Shown here: positions 46,595 to 55,492 of the stretch, one piece after another
How the letters are laid out: each line of letters begins with the position of its first letter
Position numbering within the stretch: the stretch's first letter is position 1
DNA from: an uncultured Candidatus Saccharibacteria bacterium
GTDB taxonomy: Bacteria; Patescibacteriota; Minisyncoccia; Phycocordibacterales; UBA5272
Assembly: GCA_964544935.1 (NCBI GenBank)
Contig: CAZJDZ010000003.1
Span: 24,568-88,567 of the forward strand
Reading direction: 5' to 3'
Length of the DNA: 64,000 nt
Position numbers and translations under genes: made by a program
The notes under the pieces: model-generated
Seen by the model: only the letters and a program-made list of their open reading frames with translations
Database searches by the model: none
Told to the model about the DNA's origin: nothing

Positions 46595-49249
46595 TTACTC
46601 CATGTGCACTTTTTCTTTTTCGAGGATCAGTTCAAGTAACTCTTGATGTCTAGAAAGCGTTGGATCAGATTCAATAAGTGAGCGTGCCTCATGACGAGCT
46701 ATTTCAACAAGTTTCGGGTTCTTAATTGCTTCCATGGCGAGGTCACTGATTCCCCACTGCTTGCCATCATATAACGTTCCAATTCCTCGTGTAAGCATAT
46801 CTTGCTCCGCAAGCTCGAAGCCGTTCTTGGCTTTTACAAGTGCAGTAAGGCGAGTGTATGAGGTTTCACCTGAACTCTCGGTGAAAAGGTAACAGTATGA
46901 TTGATGTTCTGCACGACCAACACGACCACGTAGCTGGTGCAATTGTGCAAGACCGAATCTGTCCGCATGCTCGATAATAATAACCGTTGCGTTTGGGACG
47001 TTTACCCCAACTTCAACTACAGAGGTAGCTACTAGAATATCAGATTTTTTGTTTAAGAAATCTTCCATCACTTCTTCTTTCTCATCTCTTTTCATTTTAC
47101 TATGGAGAATATCAACTATAAATTCTGGGAAAACGACGTCAGCTAAGCGAGTTGCTTCTTCTTTGACACTCTTGAGCATCCTCTTTTGCTTTTCTTCTTC
47201 ATCTTGCTCATCGATACGTGGACAGATAACATACACCTGACGACCAGCTTGTAATTCCTTGCGGACATGTTCATACATCTCTTGCCGCTTACTTGATTTT
47301 ACAATTTCAGTAATAATCTTTTTACGCTCTTTTGGCACACTATCAATTACAGTAAGTTCAAGATCTCCAAACAAGGTGAGGGCAAGTGTACGAGGGATAG
47401 GGGTGGCTGTCATCGACAGGAGATGCGGAACTGACGCGGACGTACGCGGAACTGACGCAGAAGAGTCCCGAGCTGTATCATAAATAACACGTTCTATTTC
47501 TAGCTCAGAGTGGCCAAAATTAACAAGAAGCCCAAGAAGATATTCAGATCCTTTGAGATAATTCCATAGCTGTTTTTTTTCTTGAGCACCCAAGAAAGGA
47601 AGCGCTTTTAATTCTATAATAACTTTATTTTCTATAATAAAATCAGGTTGATATACACCAACTTTTTTATTATTGTACAATACGGGGATTTGTTGTTCTT
47701 GTGAAAAATCGAGACCTACTTTTTTTAGTTCAATTGCGAGCGCTTTTTGGTAAATAATTTCTTTATGACCAGTACCAAGTTCTTGTTTTACAGCAAAGAT
47801 TGCTTCACGGATTTTGTAGGTCAGCTCTTCGTAGATAAGTTTTGAAGAAGGTGTTGTTTGTATTTCTTCCGCGTCAGTTCCGCCCCGTTCTGCGTTCCTT
47901 CCGCGTGCCAACGCTTTGCGTTGGCGGACACCGAAGCGATGCTGTTCATCGATGATGATGAGAGCAAGATTTTCAAAAAGTACAGATTTTTGAATGAGCG
48001 CATGAGTCCCAATAACAATAGAGACAGCACCTTCCTTTAGCCATTTGATAAGTTGTGCACGAGACACATCTGTGGGTTCGTTGTTTTGTTTGCTTGGGAA
48101 TTTCTTGCAACCACTTCCAGTAAGAAGTCCTATTTCAACAGAAGTACCTTTGAAGTATTCTATAAAACTTTCAAAGTGTTGCTTGGCAAGAATCTCAGTT
48201 GGTGCCATGTACGCAACTTGTAATCGTTTACCATGCTCTGTTGTTCGATTATGAAGCACAGCATATGCGATAGTTGCTGCAACGAATGTTTTACCACTTC
48301 CTACATCACCTTCAAGGAGTCTCCCCATAGGATCATTTCTCCCTATGTCTTCTAGAATTGCATTGATTGCATGTAATTGTGCATCAGTTGGTGTGAAAGG
48401 GAATGAGTTAATGAACGCATTGAGTTCTTTTTTTGGAATAGTGATAGGGTAGGAAAGTGAATGTTTTGCCTCTTCTTTTTCTCTATATTGCTTCAGTTGC
48501 ATGTAAAAAATTTCTTCAAACGCAAAACGTTTACGGGCAGCTATGGTAAGTGATTCATTTTTTGGAAAATGAATATACATGAGTGCATCTTTGAGAATAG
48601 GGAGGTGAAGTTTTTGTAGTATTGCTTCTGGTATTGGGTCTACTACATCACCAAGAACGCCGCCTGCAATGGCTTTTTTAAGAAGTGTGTAAATGTACAG
48701 AGATGAAACACCTTTTGTTTCTGGATACACCGGAGTAAGAAATGACACATCACGAATTTTTCCGCGTCCCTCCGCGTCAGTTCCGTGGTCGTCCGCACTC
48801 ACAGCAAAAAGAGAGTCCGCATGCTCTGGAAGCTCTTGTAGCTTCTCTATCATCGGATTAGAGAGAAAGAGTCCACGGGAATCTTCCTGAACTGTCCCGC
48901 TAATTTTTACCTTGGTGCCGTCAGGGTACATCTTGCCGATGTAGGCTTGGTTAAACCAGATACACCTGATTGTTCCAGTACTATCAACAACACGAGCTTC
49001 TGTCATAGGGACATGTCCTTTGAAACTTCTTCGTACGGAAACTTTTTCCATGATGCCATACATAGTCACTGACTGACCTTTTTCTATATGACTCACATGA
49101 GCCTCTTCGCGCATATCTGCATAGCGAGTAGGGAAGTGGTAGAGGAGATCACGGATGGTTATTAGATTGAGACGCGAAAGACCTGCTACGTGGTCTTTGT
49201 TGATTTGAGACAGTAATGTGATTGGGCTGTCTAAGCGTATAGTTTTCAT
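46595..49249 (-). CDS. recG: ATP-dependent DNA helicase RecG with in-frame GxxExxY insertion
   Basis: GDVGSGKT, MAPTEILA, DEQHRFGV, MTATPIPRT, QLRGRVGR; ~150-aa insert between motifs II and III. Confidence 0.95.
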   Translation of the reverse strand: MKTIRLDSPITLLSQINKDHVAGLSRLNLITIRDLLYHFPTRYADMREEAHVSHIEKGQSVTMYGIMEKVSVRRSFKGHVPMTEARVVDSTGTIRCIWFNQAYIGKMYPDGTKVKISGTVQEDSRGLFLSNPMIEKLQELPEHADSLFAVSADDHGTDAEGRGKIRDVSFLTPVYPETKGVSSLYIYTLLKKAIAGGVLGDVVDPIPEAILQKLHLPILKDALMYIHFPKNESLTIAARKRFAFEEIFYMQLKQYREKEEAKHSLSYPITIPKKELNAFINSFPFTPTDAQLHAINAILEDIGRNDPMGRLLEGDVGSGKTFVAATIAYAVLHNRTTEHGKRLQVAYMAPTEILAKQHFESFIEYFKGTSVEIGLLTGSGCKKFPSKQNNEPTDVSRAQLIKWLKEGAVSIVIGTHALIQKSVLFENLALIIIDEQHRFGVRQRKALARGRNAERGGTDAEEIQTTPSSKLIYEELTYKIREAIFAVKQELGTGHKEIIYQKALAIELKKVGLDFSQEQQIPVLYNNKKVGVYQPDFIIENKVIIELKALPFLGAQEKKQLWNYLKGSEYLLGLLVNFGHSELEIERVIYDTARDSSASVPRTSASVPHLLSMTATPIPRTLALTLFGDLELTVIDSVPKERKKIITEIVKSSKRQEMYEHVRKELQAGRQVYVICPRIDEQDEEEKQKRMLKSVKEEATRLADVVFPEFIVDILHSKMKRDEKEEVMEDFLNKKSDILVATSVVEVGVNVPNATVIIIEHADRFGLAQLHQLRGRVGRAEHQSYCYLFTESSGETSYTRLTALVKAKNGFELAEQDMLTRGIGTLYDGKQWGISDLAMEAIKNPKLVEIARHEARSLIESDPTLSRHQELLELILEKEKVHME
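47423..47908 (-). mobile_element. inverted-arm-bounded insert encoding a GxxExxY (PD-(D/E)XK-like) domain inside recG
   Basis: LGTGHKEIIYQKAL...PDFII...IIELKA...QLWNYL...GLLVNFG; arms 47423-47464 and 47864-47908 are imperfect reverse complements. Confidence 0.75.
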
Positions 49250-49282
49250 AAGAGTATAGAAGATAGAGTATAGAAAGTAGAC

Positions 49283-49633
49283 TTATTCAAATTTTTTAAT
49301 AAGAGATGTTATCATTTTCATAACTTCAGTTATGTCCTCTTGAGTAGTTGAGTACTCTTCATTTGTTAGATATCCAAGTTGTTGTGCAATATATAGTTGT
49401 GTTTCCATTTCAGCACCAGAACCACTTGCTATCGTGAGAAAATGTTTAAAATCTTTTTTTGTGGTTCTCTTGCTGCCTTCTGCGATGTTTGAAGGGAGAG
49501 AAACACCAGCTCTCCTTAGTTGATTGGTTAAGCCAAATTTTTCATGCTCAGGGAATGTGTTTGTTATCTTATATATTTTTATAGATAGATCAACAGACTT
49601 TTGCCAGACGATAAGATTTTTATAATGATGCAT
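49283..49633 (-). CDS. four-helix-bundle protein (23S rRNA intervening-sequence protein family)
   Basis: L-x-VWQK, FP-x-x-EKFGL-x-x-QLRRA-x-x-S-x-x-SNIAEG, FL-x-IA-x-GS-x-x-E-x-ETQL. Confidence 0.93.
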   Translation of the reverse strand: MHHYKNLIVWQKSVDLSIKIYKITNTFPEHEKFGLTNQLRRAGVSLPSNIAEGSKRTTKKDFKHFLTIASGSGAEMETQLYIAQQLGYLTNEEYSTTQEDITEVMKMITSLIKKFE

Positions 49634-49693
49634 GGTATTGTCTATTTTCTATCATCTATATTCTAATTTCTGAATAAGGAGGACTTCGTCCGA

Positions 49694-50083
49694 CTATCTA
49701 AATTGTGGTCTTGAATGGTAGATGATGAGCGCGAGGGTTACAAGGATGAGGACAAAGAGAAGCATGTTGGTACTAGTGTACGTTCCCATCGAGAAGTTGA
49801 TATAAAGTGTTGAGCAGAGAATAAGGAGTACTACGATAAGAGGGAGTATCGGACGAGGCCAGACGAGAATAAGGATTCCGAGAAAAATAAAGAACGAGTG
49901 CCACAGTGTGAAGGTGATACTTTCAGATACTTGAATTGATTGGTTGATGCATTCAAAGAGGGCCATTTTAGCCTTTTTGACACCAAGTGCAAGTGCTTGT
50001 GCATGAGGGTAAATAAAATACAGAGATACTGCCAAACGAAGGAGATAAGGCCAAATATTAAACATAATAAAAGTATACCACAA
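49694..50083 (-). CDS. small multi-TM protein (start may be 50065)
   Basis: four hydrophobic segments, LLRLAVS DoxX-like start. Confidence 0.55.
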   Translation of the reverse strand: MWYTFIMFNIWPYLLRLAVSLYFIYPHAQALALGVKKAKMALFECINQSIQVSESITFTLWHSFFIFLGILILVWPRPILPLIVVLLILCSTLYINFSMGTYTSTNMLLFVLILVTLALIIYHSRPQFR

Positions 50084-50173
50084 AGGGTTTTATGCCTATC
50101 TGGTATATAGAACAATAAAGGGCCGCCCCGTAGGGGTGGCCCTTTATGTATTACCTAGAAGCACATAACCAAA

Positions 50174-52861
50174 CTATTCCTCGTTACTGTTTGTGATTCT
50201 CACTCGAGTGGTTGCTGTGTTATTGTTTCCACAATCAATGGTGAAGTCTGTACTCTTGGTGACAGTGAATGTTTTCTTACCAAGCGCTTTCCAGTCTGTT
50301 TCTTCGTGTCCTGGGGCGATAGTATTTACTGCGTCTGTGATAGATCGTGGCCCACCTCCGCCATTACCTTGGTCATCCGCATCAGTATTTTCTGTATCAA
50401 TAACATTGTTTAGAACTACTGCTGCATCAAGCTGTGCTTGAGAGCAGACACCACCTGTACAGACTGGATATGCAGTTAAGGCACATGCTGCTTCTGGGTA
50501 TTGAATAACCCAGTTCACAGCACTCTTTCCTTGGAAGTCCATAGTCTTAGGAGTTGCATTGATGAAGATAAGAGATGATGGTGGTGGAGGGGTGTCGTAG
50601 CGTACGGTTGTAGGACTACTTGAAACGCTTCCGTGTTTACAGAAGACAGAGTAGTTATCACTTACGCTTACAGGGATATCTGTAGTACCTGAATATACTC
50701 CGGAAGCAATAGTTTCGTTGTCACCAGAGAGATCACGGATGAGTGAGTATGAGTCTGAGTTAGCACATACAAATTCAATACTACCAGCACCTCCATACCC
50801 ATAGGTACCATTTACAACAACAGATACAACAGTTGGATCGGCACACATACTGTTAGTTGTGTCCCATCTATCTGATCCACCGGCAGCACAAGCAACGTTC
50901 ACTGAGGTTGTATCAAGTTCAAGGGCATTGTTATAGAGACGGTAGACGATAGCTCCATCTATGTCAAAGGGAACATTTGTTATCTGGTCAGCATTATCAT
51001 TTCCGGTGTAGAGGTTACCAGGTGTTCCGTCACGGGTAACAGCAGAAGTACCGACTGGATTAGTGGTTGACCAGCTAAGATGTGTCGTACAGGTTGATGC
51101 ACCTGTAGCGATTAGACATGAGATAGGGGATGCGTTAAGTGCCCCAGTCATAATATTTCCTTGATCACAATCAGGAGGGTTGTTCGCACCATTTTGACAT
51201 AGTCCGACACATTTCCCTGTTCCAGTGTCCCATGTAGATGACGCATCACAGCTGCCACTCACTGTTTCAGTATCAAGAACCGCACCTCCAGTTAGAATGG
51301 TTAAGGTAGTGAGATTCGTTCCATACACTACTGAGCTTTTTTTACTTGACCCTGATGTTCCTGTATGAATAGTTGAGCCATCTCTTTGAATGTTAACTGT
51401 TGTTGTCGAGTTGCTTGTATTCCAACCAAAAGTGGTGGTACAGGTACTTGATCCAGAAACAATTAAACAGTCTGCAGGCACCGGACTAAATGATCCAGTT
51501 ACAGCAGGGGCAGCAACGGTTACGTTTACCCATGGTCCACAGTTGTTAGTCTCGTCTGATTCTTTGATGACTCCTGCACTCCCTGAGTTATTTTTGTCAG
51601 CACAGGCACGAATAGATTTTGTTCCTGATGTAGTAAAGGTGTAGGACTTTGACGTTGTAGCACCTGCTCCTGTTGCAAGGGTAGACATAGTCACATACCC
51701 CAAGTCTTGGATACCAGCACCACCACCATTTGAACTTGTTGCTACTTGAAAGAAGTTATTAAAAGATGCTCCTGTTGTATATTTTCCACTGTTGGTAATT
51801 CTTGCAGAGAGAGTGACTGCGACACCTTGTGTTGCGGTAATAGGAATAGCAGATCCAGCCACAAGATCAGCCCCCCAACATCTAGAGTTTGCTGAGTCCC
51901 ATGTTGTTGTACTAGAACAGGTTCCACTTACATTTTCTGTATCAAGTGTATATCCTGCAGTGTAGATGGTGAAGGTGGTGAGATTTGTTCCATAGTCAAC
52001 TGTTCCGTATTTGGTTGTTGTTGTGGATGCTCCTGTATAAATTTGTACTCCTTCTCTTCGTATTGAGACAGTTGTTGTTGAATTACTTGTTGACCATTTA
52101 AATGAAGTGGTACAGGTACTTGATCCAGAAACAATAGTACAGTCAGCAGGGATTGGGTTAAATGATCCAGTTGGTGGTTCACAGCTACTGCCGTCCCATG
52201 AGGTGCCAGCAGCACAAGAGCCGGTAACTATAACAGTGTCGAGTGTGGTGCCATTATGTTTGAGTGAAAATGTACGCGCACCGTTTCCGACATCTGCTGG
52301 TTGAGAAGTTCCACTATTTGCTGTATAGATATTTGAGGTACCATTGTAGACAACAGATGTTCCAGTTGGATTTGTCGTACTCCAGGTAAGATTTCTACTA
52401 CAAGTGGAAGCACCGGATGCAATCGTACATGTTGATGCGGAGGCAGTGATGGTACCAGATAGTGGAGCAACACAGCTGTATGATGGTGTGTCCCATGATG
52501 TACCAGATGGACAACTAACGACGAGGGTGTCATAATCAGTAGCCCCAGTTGTTGCGTTTGTACAGTAGAATCTATAGCTACCCGGTGCAGCTTCTATTGG
52601 GCCAAGTGTAATAGATCCAGACCCAATTTGACTTTTTACCCATTTAGTTATAACACCATCGGAAGCTGCCACTGGATAACTAGCGCTTGATATGGTTCCG
52701 TCACAATCAGAAGCTCCTGTAACATTCCAGTTAATAATTGCTGTATCTCCCCAATCAACGTTATATGCAGACACAGAACTGGTCATCAAAACACAAGAAA
52801 AAATAATAAAAAGAGAATTTCGAAATCGTTGTAAAAAATATATACCTGCCATATATGTCAA
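50174..52861 (-). CDS. large secreted Ser/Thr/Cys-rich surface protein with four Ig-like repeats and a CARDB-like domain
   Basis: signal peptide; repeats C-x-I-x-x-G-x-STC-x4-W...LDT-x-x-V-x3-C-x4-WD; ADLV...RACAD...ESDETNNC. Confidence 0.8.
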   Translation of the reverse strand: MTYMAGIYFLQRFRNSLFIIFSCVLMTSSVSAYNVDWGDTAIINWNVTGASDCDGTISSASYPVAASDGVITKWVKSQIGSGSITLGPIEAAPGSYRFYCTNATTGATDYDTLVVSCPSGTSWDTPSYSCVAPLSGTITASASTCTIASGASTCSRNLTWSTTNPTGTSVVYNGTSNIYTANSGTSQPADVGNGARTFSLKHNGTTLDTVIVTGSCAAGTSWDGSSCEPPTGSFNPIPADCTIVSGSSTCTTSFKWSTSNSTTTVSIRREGVQIYTGASTTTTKYGTVDYGTNLTTFTIYTAGYTLDTENVSGTCSSTTTWDSANSRCWGADLVAGSAIPITATQGVAVTLSARITNSGKYTTGASFNNFFQVATSSNGGGAGIQDLGYVTMSTLATGAGATTSKSYTFTTSGTKSIRACADKNNSGSAGVIKESDETNNCGPWVNVTVAAPAVTGSFSPVPADCLIVSGSSTCTTTFGWNTSNSTTTVNIQRDGSTIHTGTSGSSKKSSVVYGTNLTTLTILTGGAVLDTETVSGSCDASSTWDTGTGKCVGLCQNGANNPPDCDQGNIMTGALNASPISCLIATGASTCTTHLSWSTTNPVGTSAVTRDGTPGNLYTGNDNADQITNVPFDIDGAIVYRLYNNALELDTTSVNVACAAGGSDRWDTTNSMCADPTVVSVVVNGTYGYGGAGSIEFVCANSDSYSLIRDLSGDNETIASGVYSGTTDIPVSVSDNYSVFCKHGSVSSSPTTVRYDTPPPPSSLIFINATPKTMDFQGKSAVNWVIQYPEAACALTAYPVCTGGVCSQAQLDAAVVLNNVIDTENTDADDQGNGGGGPRSITDAVNTIAPGHEETDWKALGKKTFTVTKSTDFTIDCGNNNTATTRVRITNSNEE

Positions 52862-52950
52862 GTATATGGGTTATTCCAAAATAAAAAAGGGACATGTTCA
52901 CACGTATGTGTCATGTCCCTTTGCTTACTTGCTAACGTTGACCCTTCTTG

Positions 52951-53901
52951 TTACGGATGCGAGTGGGTAACCAGTGAGCGAATGCTTCCTTCCAGCTTTG
53001 CCGAATCTTCGGAAAAGACTGTAACAGCACCGCCAACCCCGTTGTTGTCGAAGAGTAGTACCCCTGTGTCATCAAGGGTATAGTACCAACCCGCGGTAAT
53101 CTGGGTGTGGTTCCCCCAACTACCCAAAGGTGATTGGACTTCGATCCAGTTCGGATCATCTGGGATTGCGCGTGCCGGTGCCGGTCCGTTGTAGTCGTAG
53201 AGCGCGTTTCCAACCGGGTCCAAGTACAGGTTATGCCAGACGTTGGCGATATCACGGCAGTTCTGCAACTTGCGTCCATCGGTGAAGAAGTTTTCATCGA
53301 TGTGGTGCGCGCAGTGGGTCAGCGGATATGCGCCATCCGTGTGACTGGTCAAGTTCTTGGTGCGCTCGACAGCGAAGGTACCGTTCCCGTTCCGGATGAT
53401 CCGGAGCGGAAGAGCGCCAGTGCTTGCCATGACAACGTCCGAGTAGGGTGCCAGACTGTTGAAGACACAAGCTCCACCGGTAAGCGTCGCTCGTGAGTCG
53501 CAGGTGCCGGCAACTGTCAGCGTCTTCAGTGTGGTACCGTCACCGTTCTTCACTGCAATGGTGTTGTCACCGGGAGCGAACGCGATGTCGGAGATGGTGC
53601 CGGAGGCACCGCTTCCGATCTCGGTTGTGCCCAGATAGACCTTGACGGTTCCGCTCGTGTGAGCGGATGTCCAGGTCACCGAACCCTTGCCCGAGGAAGT
53701 GTCCAAGGGGATGGGAACGGACACTTGCGTGCCGGTGAGACTGGCAGTCGCAGCCGGAGGCGGAGTGGTGCCACCACCACCGCCCCCGCCGCAAGCGACG
53801 AGAAGGGAGAGGGTTGCAGCCATCAGGATGGCTGTGAGACCCGCGCCGTAGGCGCGGGAACGGGTGCCTCCGAAGGAGGCGAAACGACGCAGCATGTTCA
53901 T
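52951..53901 (-). CDS. GC-rich putative lipoprotein
   Basis: AAAGG SD before ATG 53901; lipobox LLVAC followed by a Gly7 run; upstream TTGACA-17-TAGTAT. Confidence 0.7.
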   Translation of the reverse strand: MNMLRRFASFGGTRSRAYGAGLTAILMAATLSLLVACGGGGGGGTTPPPAATASLTGTQVSVPIPLDTSSGKGSVTWTSAHTSGTVKVYLGTTEIGSGASGTISDIAFAPGDNTIAVKNGDGTTLKTLTVAGTCDSRATLTGGACVFNSLAPYSDVVMASTGALPLRIIRNGNGTFAVERTKNLTSHTDGAYPLTHCAHHIDENFFTDGRKLQNCRDIANVWHNLYLDPVGNALYDYNGPAPARAIPDDPNWIEVQSPLGSWGNHTQITAGWYYTLDDTGVLLFDNNGVGGAVTVFSEDSAKLEGSIRSLVTHSHP

Positions 53902-54080
53902 GCTACCAGCCTTTCTGCCCGCACGGGGCGTTGAGTGTCTAACAAAAGCTTTTACAAAATTCTTCTTTATCTTCGTATACAAAGAGCTCATTACCTAAGT
54001 AAATCACTATTTACACACTAAGACAATGAAGGTCTGCGCGTATACTACACTTATTATGTATTTTTGTCAAGCCCCCTGTA

Positions 54081-54119
54081 GACGCAGACCACGCAGACGT
54101 AGGCAGACCACGCAGACAC
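54081..54119 (+). repeat. short tandem ACGCAGAC-type repeat array
   Basis: GACGCAGACCACGCAGACGTAGGCAGACCACGCAGACAC. Confidence 0.7.
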
Positions 54120-54285
54120 AACAATACAGAATATTGCTAACTTTACGCGGAAGGAAGATTGAAGGTATGTGGTGCATACACTAAGATATATAAAGAATTT
54201 ACTTCACGTACTTAATGTCGTTAATAAAAATCTTCTTTGCTGTAGGCAAAGAAGATTTTTATTTTCTAATTTTTATGGAATGTTT

Positions 54286-55395
54286 TTACTTCAATGCGGC
54301 GTAGGCCTTCTCAAAGAGGAAGCCCATGTCTACGTTGTGCACAAGGTAGTTATCAGCGTAGAAATCATGAGTACCATTAACACCGAAGTTATAGACCATT
54401 GTTTCCCCGTAGATACTATCAAGTGATGTTAGCTCGGTAACACTACCGTCTTTCATAATAAGAGTGTCTCCAACAGTAAGCTGTGAGACTACTATACCTT
54501 TACTTTCTTTACGTGTTCCTTCTGGATCAAGTGATTTCCATCCGTCTGGCGTCATGAATGGGTGAGTAGGGGTTACGAAGTACTTGTCGCTACCATTGAA
54601 AGCATAGAGTAGACCCTTGTACTTGATGCGGTAGGCCTTCATGACTTCTTGTGGTCCACCTGATGTCATAATTGTGTCTTCTAGAGTAACTGCTTCAATG
54701 TTCTTATATGTTCCATCTCCCATGAGTACTTGAGTACCGGCAACGAAACATCCACCTCCATATTGATCTCCAGACTCAGCTGTAACACTTTTGGTTTTCT
54801 CTGTTCCCCAAGATGTTACTTGTCCGTTATTGTAGTTACATTTTATACCATAAACCTTTGTTCCAGCATACATGTATGGTGAGTATTTACTACCAGAGCA
54901 TGCGAGTGTTCCAGTGTTCCAGTACCCAACTGTTGATGAACAAGAAGTACAGGATCCAGTATTTGACCATCTTATAATTGTTCTACCACCATATGGAACT
55001 GTAGCATCGTCTGTTGTAAGGGTGGTTACTGGAGCTGATGGAGGATTTCCAAAATAGGTACTCAGTCCTGTAGGGCAGTTTGGTGGGTCGTTCGATTTAT
55101 TTTTACAAAGACATGAGTTCTTTGCAGAGTCGTATTGTGTAGTTGCGCCGATTCCGTTTAGGTTACAGGTATCAGGGCAGTCACCACTCGTATGACTTGT
55201 AGGAGGTACACTATCACAACTTGCAGGAACAACTGATCCGGCACTGACACCAGCAACTGAATATTCTCTGAAAGAGAGTTCATGTGAAAATACAGAAGCT
55301 TTTGTTATGTAGAGTGCTGAGGATGCAAACGTAACGATGAGCAAAGAAACAATAAGCGGCCATCTTTTATTTTTTATTTTTTTAAATATGTTCAT
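54286..55395 (-). CDS. secreted Cys-rich protein with C-terminal Hint (bacterial intein-like) domain
   Basis: N-terminal TM; GGG|CFVAGT...T-x-x-HPF...VYNF-x-V-x3-H-x-FYA...VHN. Confidence 0.85.
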   Translation of the reverse strand: MNIFKKIKNKRWPLIVSLLIVTFASSALYITKASVFSHELSFREYSVAGVSAGSVVPASCDSVPPTSHTSGDCPDTCNLNGIGATTQYDSAKNSCLCKNKSNDPPNCPTGLSTYFGNPPSAPVTTLTTDDATVPYGGRTIIRWSNTGSCTSCSSTVGYWNTGTLACSGSKYSPYMYAGTKVYGIKCNYNNGQVTSWGTEKTKSVTAESGDQYGGGCFVAGTQVLMGDGTYKNIEAVTLEDTIMTSGGPQEVMKAYRIKYKGLLYAFNGSDKYFVTPTHPFMTPDGWKSLDPEGTRKESKGIVVSQLTVGDTLIMKDGSVTELTSLDSIYGETMVYNFGVNGTHDFYADNYLVHNVDMGFLFEKAYAALK

Positions 55396-55492
55396 ATAGT
55401 GGTTTGATAGACAGAAACACCCTTCTTTAATACTCTAATAATACCGGTAATCTGCAAGAAATGAAATATTGTTGTCAACAAATGGACTACTA

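Noticed and set aside
47423-47908. Intein in RecG
   Set aside because: The insert lacks an N-terminal Cys/Ser block A and a C-terminal His-Asn; it is a GxxExxY domain.
49283-49633. Diversity-generating retroelement (Avd-like gene)
   Set aside because: No reverse transcriptase and no TR/VR pair with adenine-specific mismatches is visible in the window.
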